A stretch of 64,000 nt of DNA from Octopus sinensis (GCF_006345805.1 NC_043000.1:134850001-134914000), one strand, 5' to 3'. Positions 50,283 to 63,530 are shown, counted from the stretch's first letter. A program made the numbers and translations. Notes: generated by a model from the letters alone, not told the origin.

Positions 50283-50444
50283 TGTATGTATGTATGTATG
50301 TATGTATGTATGTATGTATGTATGTATGTATGTATGTATGTATGTATGTATGTATGTATGTATGTATGTATCAGCACTAGTCGCCATGATAGATCGTTAG
50401 CCACTACACACACATTTTTTTCTCTCCTTGTTTATTTTGCGTCC

Positions 50445-50480
50445 CTTTCTGTAGAAGAGCGTAGGCTCGAAACGTAAAAG
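50445..50480 (+). ncRNA. Variant minimal hammerhead-like motif
   Basis: cttt-CTGTAGA-a-gagc-gtag-gctc-GAAA-CG-TA-aaag; stems I and II intact, palindromic ACGT stem III, core A6>U. It lies in a ~200-bp insert between (TATG)n tracts. Confidence 0.6.
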
Positions 50481-50656
50481 AGTTTTTCTATTCCTGAGCG
50501 TTATACTAATACATCTGTTTGTTTTGTACACCACCTGTCTTCGTCTTTTGTATTTTTTTCGTAAACTCTCCCTATGTATGTATGTATGTATGTATGTATG
50601 TATGTATGTATGTATGTATGTATGTATGTATGTAGGCATGCATGCATGTATGTATG

Positions 50657-50690
<34 letters not shown>

Positions 50691-51723
50691 TGTATGTATG
50701 TATGTATGTATGTATGCATGCATGTATGCATATTGTCTTCCAGGGTTATTTCTCATCAAGTCTTAGAAAAAGAAATCTCTAAATATGTTATAAAATCTTA
50801 TTTGATTCTCTTCTTGAATTCTTGAATTAGAAACACTTTACTCTTCAGATCTAAAATATATAAGAGAAGGAGCGGGACGAAGGCATATACAAAAATATAC
50901 TTTACGGCAATAACAAATTATAAAACAGTGTAAGGGAAACAAACCGTCAAGGGAAATAATTTTTATGTGGTTAGAGAATATTCAAGAAAGATAACTCTTA
51001 CTATCATTTTAGAGTTATTGTTCTTGATGATATTTACTTTACCGCTTGAACCGCGATATAAACAAATATTTTAATGATTATCACCGGATCGGCTCTGACT
51101 GAGCGTTCCAGACATGGTTATTCTGTCTTTTCCAGGAACTGTGCATGTTATTCAGTGTCATCTAGTGTGGCTTGAAATATTTTTAAGTTTGTAGGATTTA
51201 AGAGAAATTTGGCTGTTATTTCTCTGATGTCAATCAACAACTTAGTTGTTTCCCTGTCAGCTCGCACAAAATTTCACTGTATTCCTCTACGTTCCGAAAA
51301 TCCAATTATGACTGACTTTGCACTTCATCATTCTAACAGAGTATTATTAAAACCACTGAGCTTGTTCATATAATGCTTAAAAAAATTTTTTTTTAATAAA
51401 ATTTAGTTTTGAAAATATCAAAGAAATAATTGCAGTGTAACTGTGTCGCAATTGACGCGGTGAAAATTTTTGACATCAAATGAGAAATGCTTAAGTTAAG
51501 TTAACAGTCTTCGTTTGTGTTTGAATCGTCTTCCACGCTGTAATTGTTTTAGTTTCAACACAGTCTCATTTCAAATCACTTGTCTAGCAAGTACATTTCC
51601 AAAGGAAATAATCATTTTTATACACTAATTTACTTTTAAGTTCGTATTGCGTACAATAATTATAGAAATAATTAGTTTTGTATAAATTAATATTGCGTGT
51701 AAATCAAATATAAATTATTATAC

Positions 51724-51952
51724 ATTTCTTTATTGCCCACAAGGGGCTAAACATAGAGGGGACAAACAAGGACAGCAAAGGGATTAAGTTCGATTACATC
51801 AACCCCAGTGCGAAACTGGTACTTTATTTATCGACCCCGAAGGATGAAAAGGTAAAGTTGACCTGGCGGAATTTGAACTCAGAACGTAACGACAGACGAA
51901 ATACCGCTAAGCATTTCACCCGACGCGCTTAACGTGTCTGCCAGCTCGCCGC
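51724..51952 (-). mobile_element. tRNA-SINE family B, full length
   Basis: tttctttattgcccacaaggggctaaac...ctgccagctcgccgc. Confidence 0.88.
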
Positions 51953-52679
51953 TTTTTTTATTATATTAATCTGAATGTATACAATATTGATTTCAAATTT
52001 TGGCACAAAGCTAGCAATTTCGGGAGAAGGGTAAAGTCGACTTTGTCTTTCATCCTTTCGGGGTCAATAAAATAAGTACCAGATGAACACTGGGGCCAAT
52101 GTAATCGACCTACCCCATCCCCCATACCTCTAGCTTTGTGCCAAAACTTGAAATAAAAATTATTAGCAGTTTGAAGGATCTCTTTCCTATAACAAAAAAA
52201 GTTAAGATTTTGTCTTCTGTTTCTCATTTAGAGTAGAATATTTCAGGTCTGGGAAATGTTGATCTAATTCCTCATAAATGTCTTCGGATACCAATATTAA
52301 GATAAAACGCATTCCTTATTATTGTTCCTCTTAATCTTAAGTGTAGTAATTATATCCTTCACTAACCAGGGATTCACCTCAGTTTTATCTCATACAGTGT
52401 TGGAATTTGTTAATGAACCTAATTATATTCTACAATCTTTTCTTAATTATTAGAATGGAAAATCGAAAGCTGGAACGTTTTAGGTCTTCTCCAAGAAACT
52501 ACGTATATACGTACATATATGCATTTATACATACATACATACATATATACATACATACATACATACATACATACATACATACATACATACATACATACAT
52601 ACATACATACATACATACATAGGTACATACTTAGGTACGTGTGTGCGTGTATATATACACACATGCACACAGAAATATA

Positions 52680-52926
52680 CAGAGTTGGCCAAGAGTCACC
52701 TGACAGTAAATGAAAACCATTTAATTCCAAGATTTATTTATGCTTAACTACTGAATGAATTTAATAAAAGCATCTAAATATGAAACATCATGAAAATAGT
52801 TCAAACTGAAGTCCTTCTTGACTGATACATTTTTTCCATTCGAGTCAATAGGGAATTACATATTTATAGAATTTATAGTATTTATAGAATTTTGATTTAC
52901 TGTTGGGTGACTTTTGGCCAACGCTG
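52680..52926. mobile_element. Tc1/mariner-type MITE
   Basis: 32-bp TIRs cagagttggccaagagtcacctgacagtaaat / atttactgttgggtgacttttggccaacgctg (4 mismatches); TA on both flanks. Confidence 0.85.
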
Positions 52927-53042
52927 TATATGCCTGTATACCTGTCTATCTGTATACATACATACATACATACATACATACATAACTACATACATACATA
53001 CATACATACATACATACATACATACGTACATACATATATACA

Positions 53043-53300
53043 TACAAGTTCAGGTTTATACCTGTAAGTATTGGGGCCCTAGGATAATGTAACACACTGC
53101 CTAAATTCCAATCTTGAGAAATTGGGCTTCTCAGGACCTGAAAGGAGAAAGCTAATTCGAAGACTACAGATCCAATCCAACATTGGAACTGTAACAATCT
53201 GTAAAACTTTCCAGAAGTTTATCATTGAAATATATATGAGCATGTCTAGATATGCAACTATATGCATGAAAATACATACATAAGGCATACAAGTCTGCAC
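53043..53300 (+). mobile_element. RLE-type non-LTR retrotransposon 3' end embedded in (TACA)n
   Basis: YKFRFIPVSIGALG*..CLNSNLEKLGF...IRRLQIQSNIGTVTICKTF matches the IP.xIGALG...Q....GT..I C-terminus of RLE LINEs. Confidence 0.65.
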
Positions 53301-54743
53301 ATACATACATACATACATACATACATACATACATACATACATACATGTACACATAATCGCATCCTATTCAATGAACCTTAATATAAGTATTAGCAAGAAG
53401 TTTAGAAACAGAGGTAAACTCTCGTAAAATAGAGCCTACGACTCGATTCCAATTACACATTATTTCTCTGACTAACATTCTTGAGAAAGAATTAAATGTC
53501 ACAACATCTCGTTCCTCTCTTTGTAAATATGAGACTGATACCAATATAAGAAATTTAACTATAAACTATAATCTATAATTTATTAAATGTGTTCTAAATT
53601 ATTATATTAACAGTATGTTTTTATCTTGAAAAACCAATGTCTTTGTGAGTGAAATTTGGTAGACGGAAACTGAAAATCCAAAGTGTGCACTTGCGTGTTT
53701 ATATGTATGCATATCTATATAGATATTATATATATATATATATATATAATATATATATATATATATGTATGTGTGTATTTATATGTATGTGTATATGTAT
53801 CTGTATGTGTGCATGTGTGTGTATGTGTCGGTGTGTGGGTATGTGTGTAGAAGTGTATGTTTGTGTGTCATTCCAATCGACGTAAAGAGCTCATCGTCTT
53901 TAAGTTCAGAAAAAGAAGCTAATTCTTCGAAGCCCTTAACTCCAGTAAATTTAGCCATTCTAAGTACTGCCGTGCATATTATTGGCTAAAACCCTTTGAG
54001 GACGGTGCTCTAGCATGGCCGCATTCTTAATGACTGAAAAGAATAAGATAAGTATATTTATTGCTGCCTTTGTATTTAAAGATAATCACTCCTTTACTCA
54101 AGAAGGGTCATGGCGTGTTAGTTCGGCAACAGGGCTTTCGATATTAAAGTCGTGAGTTCGACTCCCGTTCAGGGATGCGCGTTGGGATCTTGGGCATGGC
54201 ATTTTTATTTCATGTTGCTCTTATTCACTTCACTGGTAAAAATGAGTATTATGACCGACAGAAACCCGGTCAATGTTAAATTGACGCGGCAGTGTTACGA
54301 CCCAAAAACATTTAAGTATGAAGAAGGATATGTCCGGCAGTGGTCTGTTTTATTGAATCTTAAACCTTTACATTTTTCGTATTCAGTCATTCAGTAATAA
54401 ACTATCTGTTCGCTCATTAACTCGTGACACGATCCACAGAAAAAGACAACGGGTAAGTAAGTAGTAATATGCACAGAGAAAAAATGCAATGTGCCAAAAA
54501 ATATGGATTTGTTAAAAGTACATTTGCGATGAGAAAATTGAAAGAGGTATATGAAGCAAACGTCCTCAAGGTAAGTGGGGTCACAAATGTTATGAGTTAA
54601 TTCATTGAAATTTAAATACTATGGACTGCGATATCATAGGTTTATCCTTTATACTTTACTGATTCAGTCATAAACTATCTATTTCTTATTACCAAGTGAC
54701 ACCATCTGCACCAAATAGAACAGTTAAGAAGGTAGTAACATGT

Positions 54744-54793
<50 letters not shown>

Positions 54794-54839
54794 CAGGCAA
54801 ATTGTAGTGAGCCCCCCCCCCAAATTATAACATGAATTA

Positions 54840-56121
54840 GAGGAGACCAAGTCTAGTTGTTACACGGGTAAGTTGTTACAAGCCAATTGCTTCCAACTTC
54901 AAGAAATAGGTGGCACTTGGGTTTCTACCTCGTAAAGGCCAACTCCATAGCATCATGACTGCTCATGTGTATTACACAGGCGGAGGTATGGCTCAAAAAA
55001 CGATTTTTTAATCCAAAAGTGAAATTTTGCCACAAAGTTATTTCCTTAACTACTAAAGCACAATTGGTGTTACTGAAGTAGTTTGTGGCTCATTAGGAAG
55101 TGTTGGAAGTTGCCTTCGATACATGAAGGTGTGGTTTGGATGCCATTCATTGCTAGTGCTGTGTACGAGGTAATTCCCAGAAATCCATGATCGGGGTTAA
55201 TTATTACAGTGTATCAACTTACCCCAGGCATGTAACAAACAATTTACTCCTTCTATTTCAGTTTAACACGCCATGCCTAAAAATTACAAAAGGAAGACTA
55301 CAAGGGGGTGGGGATACCCCTCCTGATGTCATGGAAAGAGCCGCCAGAAAAGTTGTGGATGAAAAGAAATCATTACGGGATGTTGCCGTAAAACAGCGCA
55401 TAGTGGATGAAATAAACGAACGGAAATCCAAACCAAAGAAGGCAACTGGTTCAGAAAAGGCAACAAAGGAGAAGAGAAAGTCAACTAAAACAGGTAAAGG
55501 CAAAGGGAAGCAGCCTCGCAGCAAGCAAGTTGCCGATTAGAAATGCTTTGTCTGCTCAGATTGGTATTCCAACTCCATTACAGGCGAAGAATGGGTGCAA
55601 TGCATGATCTGTAAAGACTGGGCACACACTGACTGTACCGACGGCCGACATGACTTTCTGTGTGAGAAGATAATGGAGGACGATTCCAACTAGATGGCAC
55701 ATGTATCAATGGGGAAATTGGTTGATGAGGACTCTCAGTATCACAGTTAGGATATGAGGTGGTTCAAAGCACAGTTAATTAATTAAGATAATACTTCCTA
55801 GAGGCAAGAAGCAGGAGACGTATTCATTTGAAACTTGTTTGTTAACATAATTCCGATTTATCGACAGTTGTAACAAAGTACCCCAGTAAGTGTCACAACG
55901 TACCCCGCACTCGGGGAAAATTGTTACAGCTGACACCACCTCATTAATTAGAACCTGTCTAATTAATGTTATGTAATTTCTGTTTTTTTGCTTGTGAATA
56001 ATAAATAGAGATGTTTTACTAATTAAATCTGAAAAGAAACTTCGGCTGTGTTCATTTATGTGGGTGCCAAGGCAAAAAAAAAAAAAAATGAGAGAATGTA
56101 ACAACTAGGCCCGGTCTCCCC
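54840..56121 (+). mobile_element. Internally deleted pogo-like DNA transposon
   Basis: 25-bp TIRs gaggagaccaagtctagttgttaca / tgtaacaactaggcccggtctcccc with TA flanks. MPKNYKRKT..DVMERAARKVVDEKKSLRDVA (psq-type HTH start) is joined to a K-rich tail and CFVC...EEWVQCMICKDWAHTDC (PHD-like). No DDE core. Confidence 0.82.
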
Positions 56122-56757
56122 TAATTATAATTTTCATTTGTGGCGAGAAAAGGAAAAAGACTAATATTAAGCCAACGTGGTCAAGGCAAGCAAGTGACAA
56201 ACCTAAAGCTTTAATTAATGAAAATTAAATTGTTCATGAATAAAGAATCATTAATTAACACATTGACTTATTCATTAAATTTTTCGTTTATTCAACCACC
56301 GAGTAATACTCTCCTCTCTTCCTCACTCACTCGTTCATTCATTTATTCCTCCAGTTATTTATTCAACCATAGTATACAACCATTTATCCATTAAAGGAAA
56401 AATAGATAATAAAAATAAAACTCCTCTAATTGAATATTCATTCATAAGCCTTCTCAGACTCCACCTCATTCATTCACTCTTTCATTATTCACTATATTCC
56501 TATATCATTCATATATCTACATCTAGAATCTTTGTGATCATTCATAGAAGACCACGAAATAAAGGCTGCTTGATTCATTACTGACTTAATGGATCTTTCA
56601 GATTTTATCACCTAAAATGTAAATATAAATATAAATGAAAGAGAAAAACATAACACCAACACTAACAAGAACAACAACTATAGTAAGAAGACCCGGGAAA
56701 ACAAAAACGACTAACATTAATAATAATAATAACAATGATAATAATAAATAATGATTA

Positions 56758-57775
56758 ATGCGATACGATGCAGGTGTTGTTAGGTGGACAAAGAGCGAGT
56801 TTGAGGAAATAGATAGAAAAACTGGAAAGTTATGACAATAAACAAGGAACTGTACCCTAAAGGCGATATCGATAGACTGCATGTGCCTAGGAACAAAGGA
56901 AGAAGAGGTCTCATAGGATGCAAGATCTGTGCTGTCAACGAGAAGAACAGCCTGGGATGGTACAGTAAACAGCAACACGATACTTAGCAAAAATATGACG
57001 CACAGAAAGACATTTAAGAAACAAGATGAAGAACAAAGACTAAACCTTTGGAAAACGAAAACAATGCATGCGCATCACATCAGAGAAATCGAAGCGAAAC
57101 ATAAGACCAATATCTGATGGCTGAGGAAAAGTGATCTGGAAGGATACACTGAGGCACTGATACGCAGTGCCCAGGAACAAGCTCTGAGAACTAGTTATAC
57201 TAGTTCCAAATAGATTAGAGCAATAGATCGCCCCTTTGTATGATGTGTGGTAGCAAAAACGAAACTGTCTCACATGTTGTGAGTGAGGGTAGCAAACTAG
57301 CTCAAAGGATTACAAAATGAGGTATGATAACGAGGCTATGTTTGTTCACTGGAGATTGTGTGAGAAGTAAGGTCTTGGAAGAACGTGGAAATGGTACGAG
57401 CAGAAGGCGTCACTGAGAATAATGAATTTTACAATCCAGTGTGATTTTACAATTCAGTGTGACTCACTGATTGATGCTTGGTGACCAATCATTGTTGCAG
57501 TGGATAAAAAGAAGGAGACTAAGATTATAGATATTGTCATATCTGGGGACACACGCGTACGTGACAAAGAGCTGGAAAAGGCGGAAAAATAACTTACTAA
57601 AATAATTTTGGGGATTAAGGGAGTAACTGTTATACCAATAGTTATAGGCGTACTCGAAGCACTAACAACCAAGTTTGAGGTATATGTCGGAGAAATTGGA
57701 ATTGACATGAGATTGGGACATGCCCCAAAATCTGCTCTGTTGGGGACATAGATCTTCCGACAAGAGGTAAGCGTC
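56758..57775 (+). mobile_element. 5'-truncated Dong/R4-like (RLE) LINE, decayed
   Basis: RYDAGVVRWTKSEFEEIDRKT, PKGDIDRLHVPRNKGRRGL, TEALIRSAQEQALRT, CMMCGSKNETVSHVVSE (CCHC remnant), DFTIQCD, KIIDIVISGD...ELEK and IPIVIGVL...KSALLGT. Confidence 0.88.
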
Positions 57776-57957
57776 TCATTCTCAAGAAACGAAAAAGAAG
57801 AAGCCCCAACTGGTCTTTTTCTAAGCCCATTTCTGGGTGAGACTGATCCTAGATCCAACCGATATGGAGTTCTTGCCGCAGAGCCTTAACAGAACGGTCG
57901 GTTCCAGCAATCCATGACTCTGACTGTCAGTGGACTTGCCTTTCCGCATGGAACAAT

Positions 57958-58470
57958 CCACAAACTAAAGCTAATACAATAAATTATGATTGCAGCTGTG
58001 TTGCATGGATGTGAGACGTGGACATACAAAAACATAAAAACAACAAGAAACACTCAAACAAATAAAACTGTCGTCATGAAATTTTCAATGTTCAAAATGA
58101 GACATTTTCATAGAATTCTTGGTATTATAGAGAAGGATTGCCGAAACAAGCAGTCAGTCAAGATCTACTTAATGTTTTGGTTGGGAAGAGAGAAAGTCTC
58201 ACAGAAACAGTAAGACGGATGAAAACGCAAAACTTATGTCAAATCAGTAAACTAATACAATGCTAATACAATGGTACAATGATAAACTAATACAATGCTA
58301 ATATAATGATACTTAGAAAAATAAAAGGTGAGAAAAAGAGGGCGGGCTAAGAAAGATTGCTTCATTGATATTGTGACGTGGACAGCAATGAGAATATTGC
58401 TATGCTTAAAGAAAGTCCTGGAAGAAGGATGGAAAAAAGTGGTTAAAAATTTGCAGGTATCTCAACTATA
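57958..58470 (+). mobile_element. RTE-clade LINE 3' remnant
   Basis: TKLKLIQ*IMIAAVLHGCETWT...FKMRHFHRILGI; decayed G.K.R.G motif. Confidence 0.65.
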
Positions 58471-59090
58471 GAAATTTTTGGAAACGACTTGATTTGATGG
58501 GTACGTATGTTTCCGTGCATGAATATCTATGTGTGTGTATGTATATGTATATGTATGTGTATGTATGTATGTGTGTGTATGTATATGTATGCATGTATGT
58601 ATGTGCGTGTAGATGTGTATGCATGTTAGTGTGTATGTATGTATGTATGTATGTATGTATGTATGTATGTATGTATGTATGTATGATGTATGTATGTATG
58701 TATGTATGTATGTATGTATGTATGTATGTATCTATCTATCTATCTATCTATCTATGCAGATGTTAAATTGAAGTTATTTTAAGGACTAGAAAATTTGCTG
58801 AGGGGCTAACCAAAACACTGGTCATATAAACCGTTAAGCAAAATTTGAAGACTTGAAGACCTGGATTCGTACTTTTAATGTTATACAACCCTTAAAGTAC
58901 CAATCGAAGGCAGTGCAATTGGCAGAATTTCTTGCACCAGATATGCCTTGCGTTGTCTATTTCGACTCTTAGCGTTCGGGCGGCGATGCGTGAAACAATA
59001 ATGGTGCTAAACTCTAACGGCCTTTATCTTTTCTTTGGAAAGCATTGGGTAGAGATGCGTGCATGAGCAACTATTGGTTACCCACTAGAC

Positions 59091-59309
59091 CAGTGCTTTT
59101 CAACATTTTTGCTGGAGCGGAACCCCAAGGAAACATTCCACTGGCTCGAGGAACCCCTGTGCAATAATTTAATAGTCTTTTCCACACATATCTTCACAGA
59201 AGAATTAAAAATTACTGCCGATTTTAACAGTTTTGTAACTTCTTGCGAAACCCCTGGACTGTACTGGCGGAGCCCTAAGCTTCCGCGGAACCCTGTTTGA
59301 AAACCACTG
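59091..59309. mobile_element. hAT (Charlie-like) MITE
   Basis: TIR cagtgcttttcaa / ttgaaaaccactg; exact 8-bp TSD cactagac; subterminal g(c)ggaaccc repeats. Confidence 0.92.
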
Positions 59310-59783
59310 CACTAGACCTTTACTTAGGGTTGCGTCTTAATATGGCTGCAGATGCATGGTCAACCCTGGTTGATGGAAGAATCGCATATGATAATATACG
59401 TTTATATGTAATGCATTTATGTATGGATCCATGCAGGTATTACGCCGTGCACTCACATATGCGTGTGAGTACGGTGTATATATTTGTTCAAGTTCAGACA
59501 TAAGTGCGCTCATGTATGAAGGAGAGTATGTGTGTGTATGTGTGTGTGTGCCTGCGTGCGCACGCGTTTGTATGTATGCTAGTGGATATCATTGTGTACT
59601 TGTGGGTATTTGAGAGTGCCTTCGTCTATATATATATATATATATATATTGATATATATATATATATATATATATATGCATGAGAAAGTGAATATATCTC
59701 TGGAAGTATACATGACTATAGGAGTGTGTAAAGGTGTGTGCGTATGTGTGTGTGTATACATACATACATACATATATATAATA

Positions 59784-59858
<75 letters not shown>

Positions 59859-59940
59859 TACATGCATACGTACACAACAAACGCATTCATACATATGCAT
59901 GCATGCATTGAACATGTATGCGTACGTGTCTGTGTATATT

Positions 59941-59972
<32 letters not shown>

Positions 59973-60505
59973 TGTATTTATGCATGTATGAGTGTTTTAT
60001 GTATGTGTTTTTTGTGTATGTATGCGAGCGCGTATACGAGCGTGTGTGTGTGTGCGTGCGCGCGCGCGTGAGTGAATGAGTGGTTATGAGTGTTATGAAA
60101 CAGAATGGTGAATAAATTAACAACCAATGAACATGGTAATTCGTTTATGTGTTCTAATAATTATTATTTGAAACAATACTGCGGAGTTTATTGAATATAA
60201 TACACAGATTTATGGACACAGACAGAATTTCACGTCTCAACTGAGAACACATGTGCATCTATATATAAATATTTGTACACACATACATACACACACGTCT
60301 CACATGCATATATTTGATGAACGCCTACGTACTTGTTTATGTATGTTTATTGTGTGTGTGTGTGTATATATGTATATATATTCATATATTATATGTGTAT
60401 ATATACTGTATATATATATATATTCATATATATATATATATAATAATATAATATGTATATATATATATCACACATACACATGTGTATATTATATGCATAT
60501 TTCTG

Positions 60506-60566
<61 letters not shown>

Positions 60567-60740
60567 TTCTGTATAATTATATATATATATATGTGTATAT
60601 TTCTGTATAAATATATATATGTATATATTATATATATATATATATACATACATACATACATACATACATACATACATACATCTACACACATATATATACA
60701 CATCTCTCCATCCATTCATCCATCCATCCATCATCCAATC

Positions 60741-60773
<33 letters not shown>

Positions 60774-60932
60774 GTATATATACACACGCACACACGAATA
60801 AATATATATGTTGGCTTTGGTGTATAAAGTTACATAGATTTACATCTATATATATCTTAGGTAATGTTTATCCTTTTTATGCGTATAAAATTTCATGTAT
60901 ATTACACATGAACATACTTTTCTCCCACGCAA

Positions 60933-60933
<1 letters not shown>

Positions 60934-61023
<90 letters not shown>

Positions 61024-61024
61024 A

Positions 61025-61080
<56 letters not shown>

Positions 61081-61100
61081 GTCTGTCTCTTTGTCTATCT
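60934..61100. repeat. (TCTA)n-(TCTG)n microsatellite
   Basis: Directly visible. Confidence 0.95.
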
Positions 61101-62241
61101 GTTTGTCTGTCCGTCTGTATATATATATTATATATATATATATATATATACTACCTAACGTGATTTTTATTGAACTCCTAATATTTTTATTGACCTTTTT
61201 GTTTAATATTTTCTTAGATATTTTCTTGTAAACTGTTTTTAACGTTTTCTTCTTATTATTATCAAAGAACGTATATATGTATTTTAATACTTTTGTGACA
61301 ACCAGTACTTAACCTATGTTATATGTATATATTTATGTATATGTCTGTATGCACGTATATATGTCATGTGAGATAATAGTTTCACTATGTATATTATTAT
61401 ATGTATATATTATATACATGTATATATTATATACTATGTATATATTATATACATAGTGAAACTATTATTTCATATTACAATAGAGATATTATTTTTTCAT
61501 TTTCTAAACAATACATTTTTGAAATGTAATACAGGAACAGTCGATGAGATTGCTCAGGGCTCGCATTAGGCAAAAAGTTGAAAATTATTGGGGCCCATGA
61601 CATTCCATGGACCCTAAGTAATGCATGTGTAAACTTTGAATGAATATGTTTAGGTAGTTCTCGAATTTTAGTGATGCACACACACACACACACATTCTCA
61701 GTTTTATATATATATTATATATACATACACACATATATATGTATTTATACACACGCACTCACTCACTCTCACATACACACACGCACGCACACACACTCAC
61801 ACACGCATTAGACATTCATGCGCTTGACTTGGCGTATCTTAACTCAGCTTCCAACTCTCCCAAAACATGCCATTTACGATAAAAGTGTTCAATAAATAAC
61901 TCAAAATAAGTTAGAGCAATGACGTCTACGGGAAAAGTGGAATAGAATGCTAAGAATCTCGCGTAAACGGTACATATGTATGTTTATATATATAAATATA
62001 TATAAATATATATATATATAACTAATGTAGGATAAAAAATTTTTTTCGGGAAAAATTTTTTATCAATGGCCAGTATATCAAAAAATACCTTTAAAGGTCA
62101 AATTTATAAGTAATTTACAAAATAAGGGCAAAAGAAAAATTCTATTGCCAAATATGCCGAAAAAAAGACAAAATTGTCAATAACCATTATAATTTCTGCG
62201 TCTCGAAACAAACCGATATAAATTTCTAAAAAATCCGCTAT

Positions 62242-62300
62242 TACCGTATTGGTCCCAATTTCGGGGTTAATTCATAAGAATTTTCCCCTCTTCTGCGATA
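62242..62300 (-). ncRNA. Hammerhead ribozyme-like motif (type I, Penelope type)
   Basis: tatcg-CAGAAGA-gggg-aa-aattc-ttat-gaatt-aa-cccc-GAAA-ttgg-ga-ccaa-TA-cggta; all three stems form; core U4>A. Confidence 0.68.
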
Positions 62301-62440
62301 AATACGTGAAATATAAGTGTAATACTTACTCAAACACATGGAAAAAGCAAGCACTAAGTCCTGGGCAGACCTAAGTACCCCAAATATATCCAAAATAGAA
62401 AATCTTCGGCACATCTCGTGACACGTGTGATTCGAACTAG

Positions 62441-62480
<40 letters not shown>

Positions 62481-62589
62481 TTGTCCGTCTGTCTGTCTCT
62501 CTATCTATGGGATGGACTCTCTCATCGAAGATGACGTATGAGAATTCAGCGTGATGACAAACATAAACAAAAAACATCTAACATAATCC

Positions 62590-62955
62590 TTTCTACTATA
62601 GGCACAAGGCCTGACATTTTTGGGGAGGGGACCAGTCGATTACATTGACTCCAGTACGTAACTGGTACTTAATTTATCGACCCCGAAAGGATGAAAGGCA
62701 AAGTCGACCTCGGCGGAATTTGAACTCAGAACGCAGCGGCGGACGAAATATCACAAAGCATTTCGCCCGGCGTGCTAACGTTTCTGCTAGCTCGCCGCCA
62801 CACAGTTTCTGGCAACCAAATTCACTAACAAGGTATTGGTCAACTCAGGGCTAGAAGTAGGAAATGTTTGCCCAAGGTGTTGTGCTGTGGGACTGAACCC
62901 GAATCCATGTGGTTGTGAAGGGAACTTTTGAATAACACAGCCATATCTGCGCCTT
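62590..62955 (-). mobile_element. Family B SINE (62590-62799) adjacent to a diverged family A head (62800-62955)
   Basis: ttctactataggcacaaggcc tail...ctcgccgcc, then cccaaggtgttgtgctgtgggactgaaccc...cacagccat.tctgcgcc. Confidence 0.8.
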
Positions 62956-63530
62956 TCACAATAAAACAAACAAGAAATGATGGAGGTATACTGAGGGTAG
63001 GGAAAACGAGGAGGTTACAATATTCGTTTATATTAACTACATGAATCTTACTCAAACGAATCATCTCCACACCCTATAAAGCTTACAGTCACTTCTTTGC
63101 TTATAATTATAGACATTCCAAATGGAATCATAAAATAAGTGAAAAGAAACTAATTATTTCTACAGACTGCAAGTTACAATTTCTTTAGTTGTTTACTTAA
63201 TGTCATATCAAAAATATATCTCGTCTGAATAAGCACAAGTGAAAGCTTTACAACAAAGTGATCGGATCCGAGCAGGCTTTACCTGTCAAATTACAAAATG
63301 GTTTAACTGTGACATTAACATGGCTCCATTGTATCATTTATATTTGGAAGTAAATTGAGCAGAACATGAAATCGCTTCTCTCCGAATGTTTTCCCTTCGT
63401 GTCGCTCAATGGTGTTGACAACTAAAAGATAGGCTTCACTAGTTGTTCACTGTCTGACAACTAGCAACGCCTTGATGCATATTCTTGTATCTTCTTACAC
63501 ACAGTAGTAACATTTAAACAAGTTTACTGC

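Noticed and set aside
61540-61715. Possible additional Helitron 5' part on the minus strand
   Set aside because: It resembles the 8.8-kb Helitron start, but no hairpin-CTAG 3' end was found.
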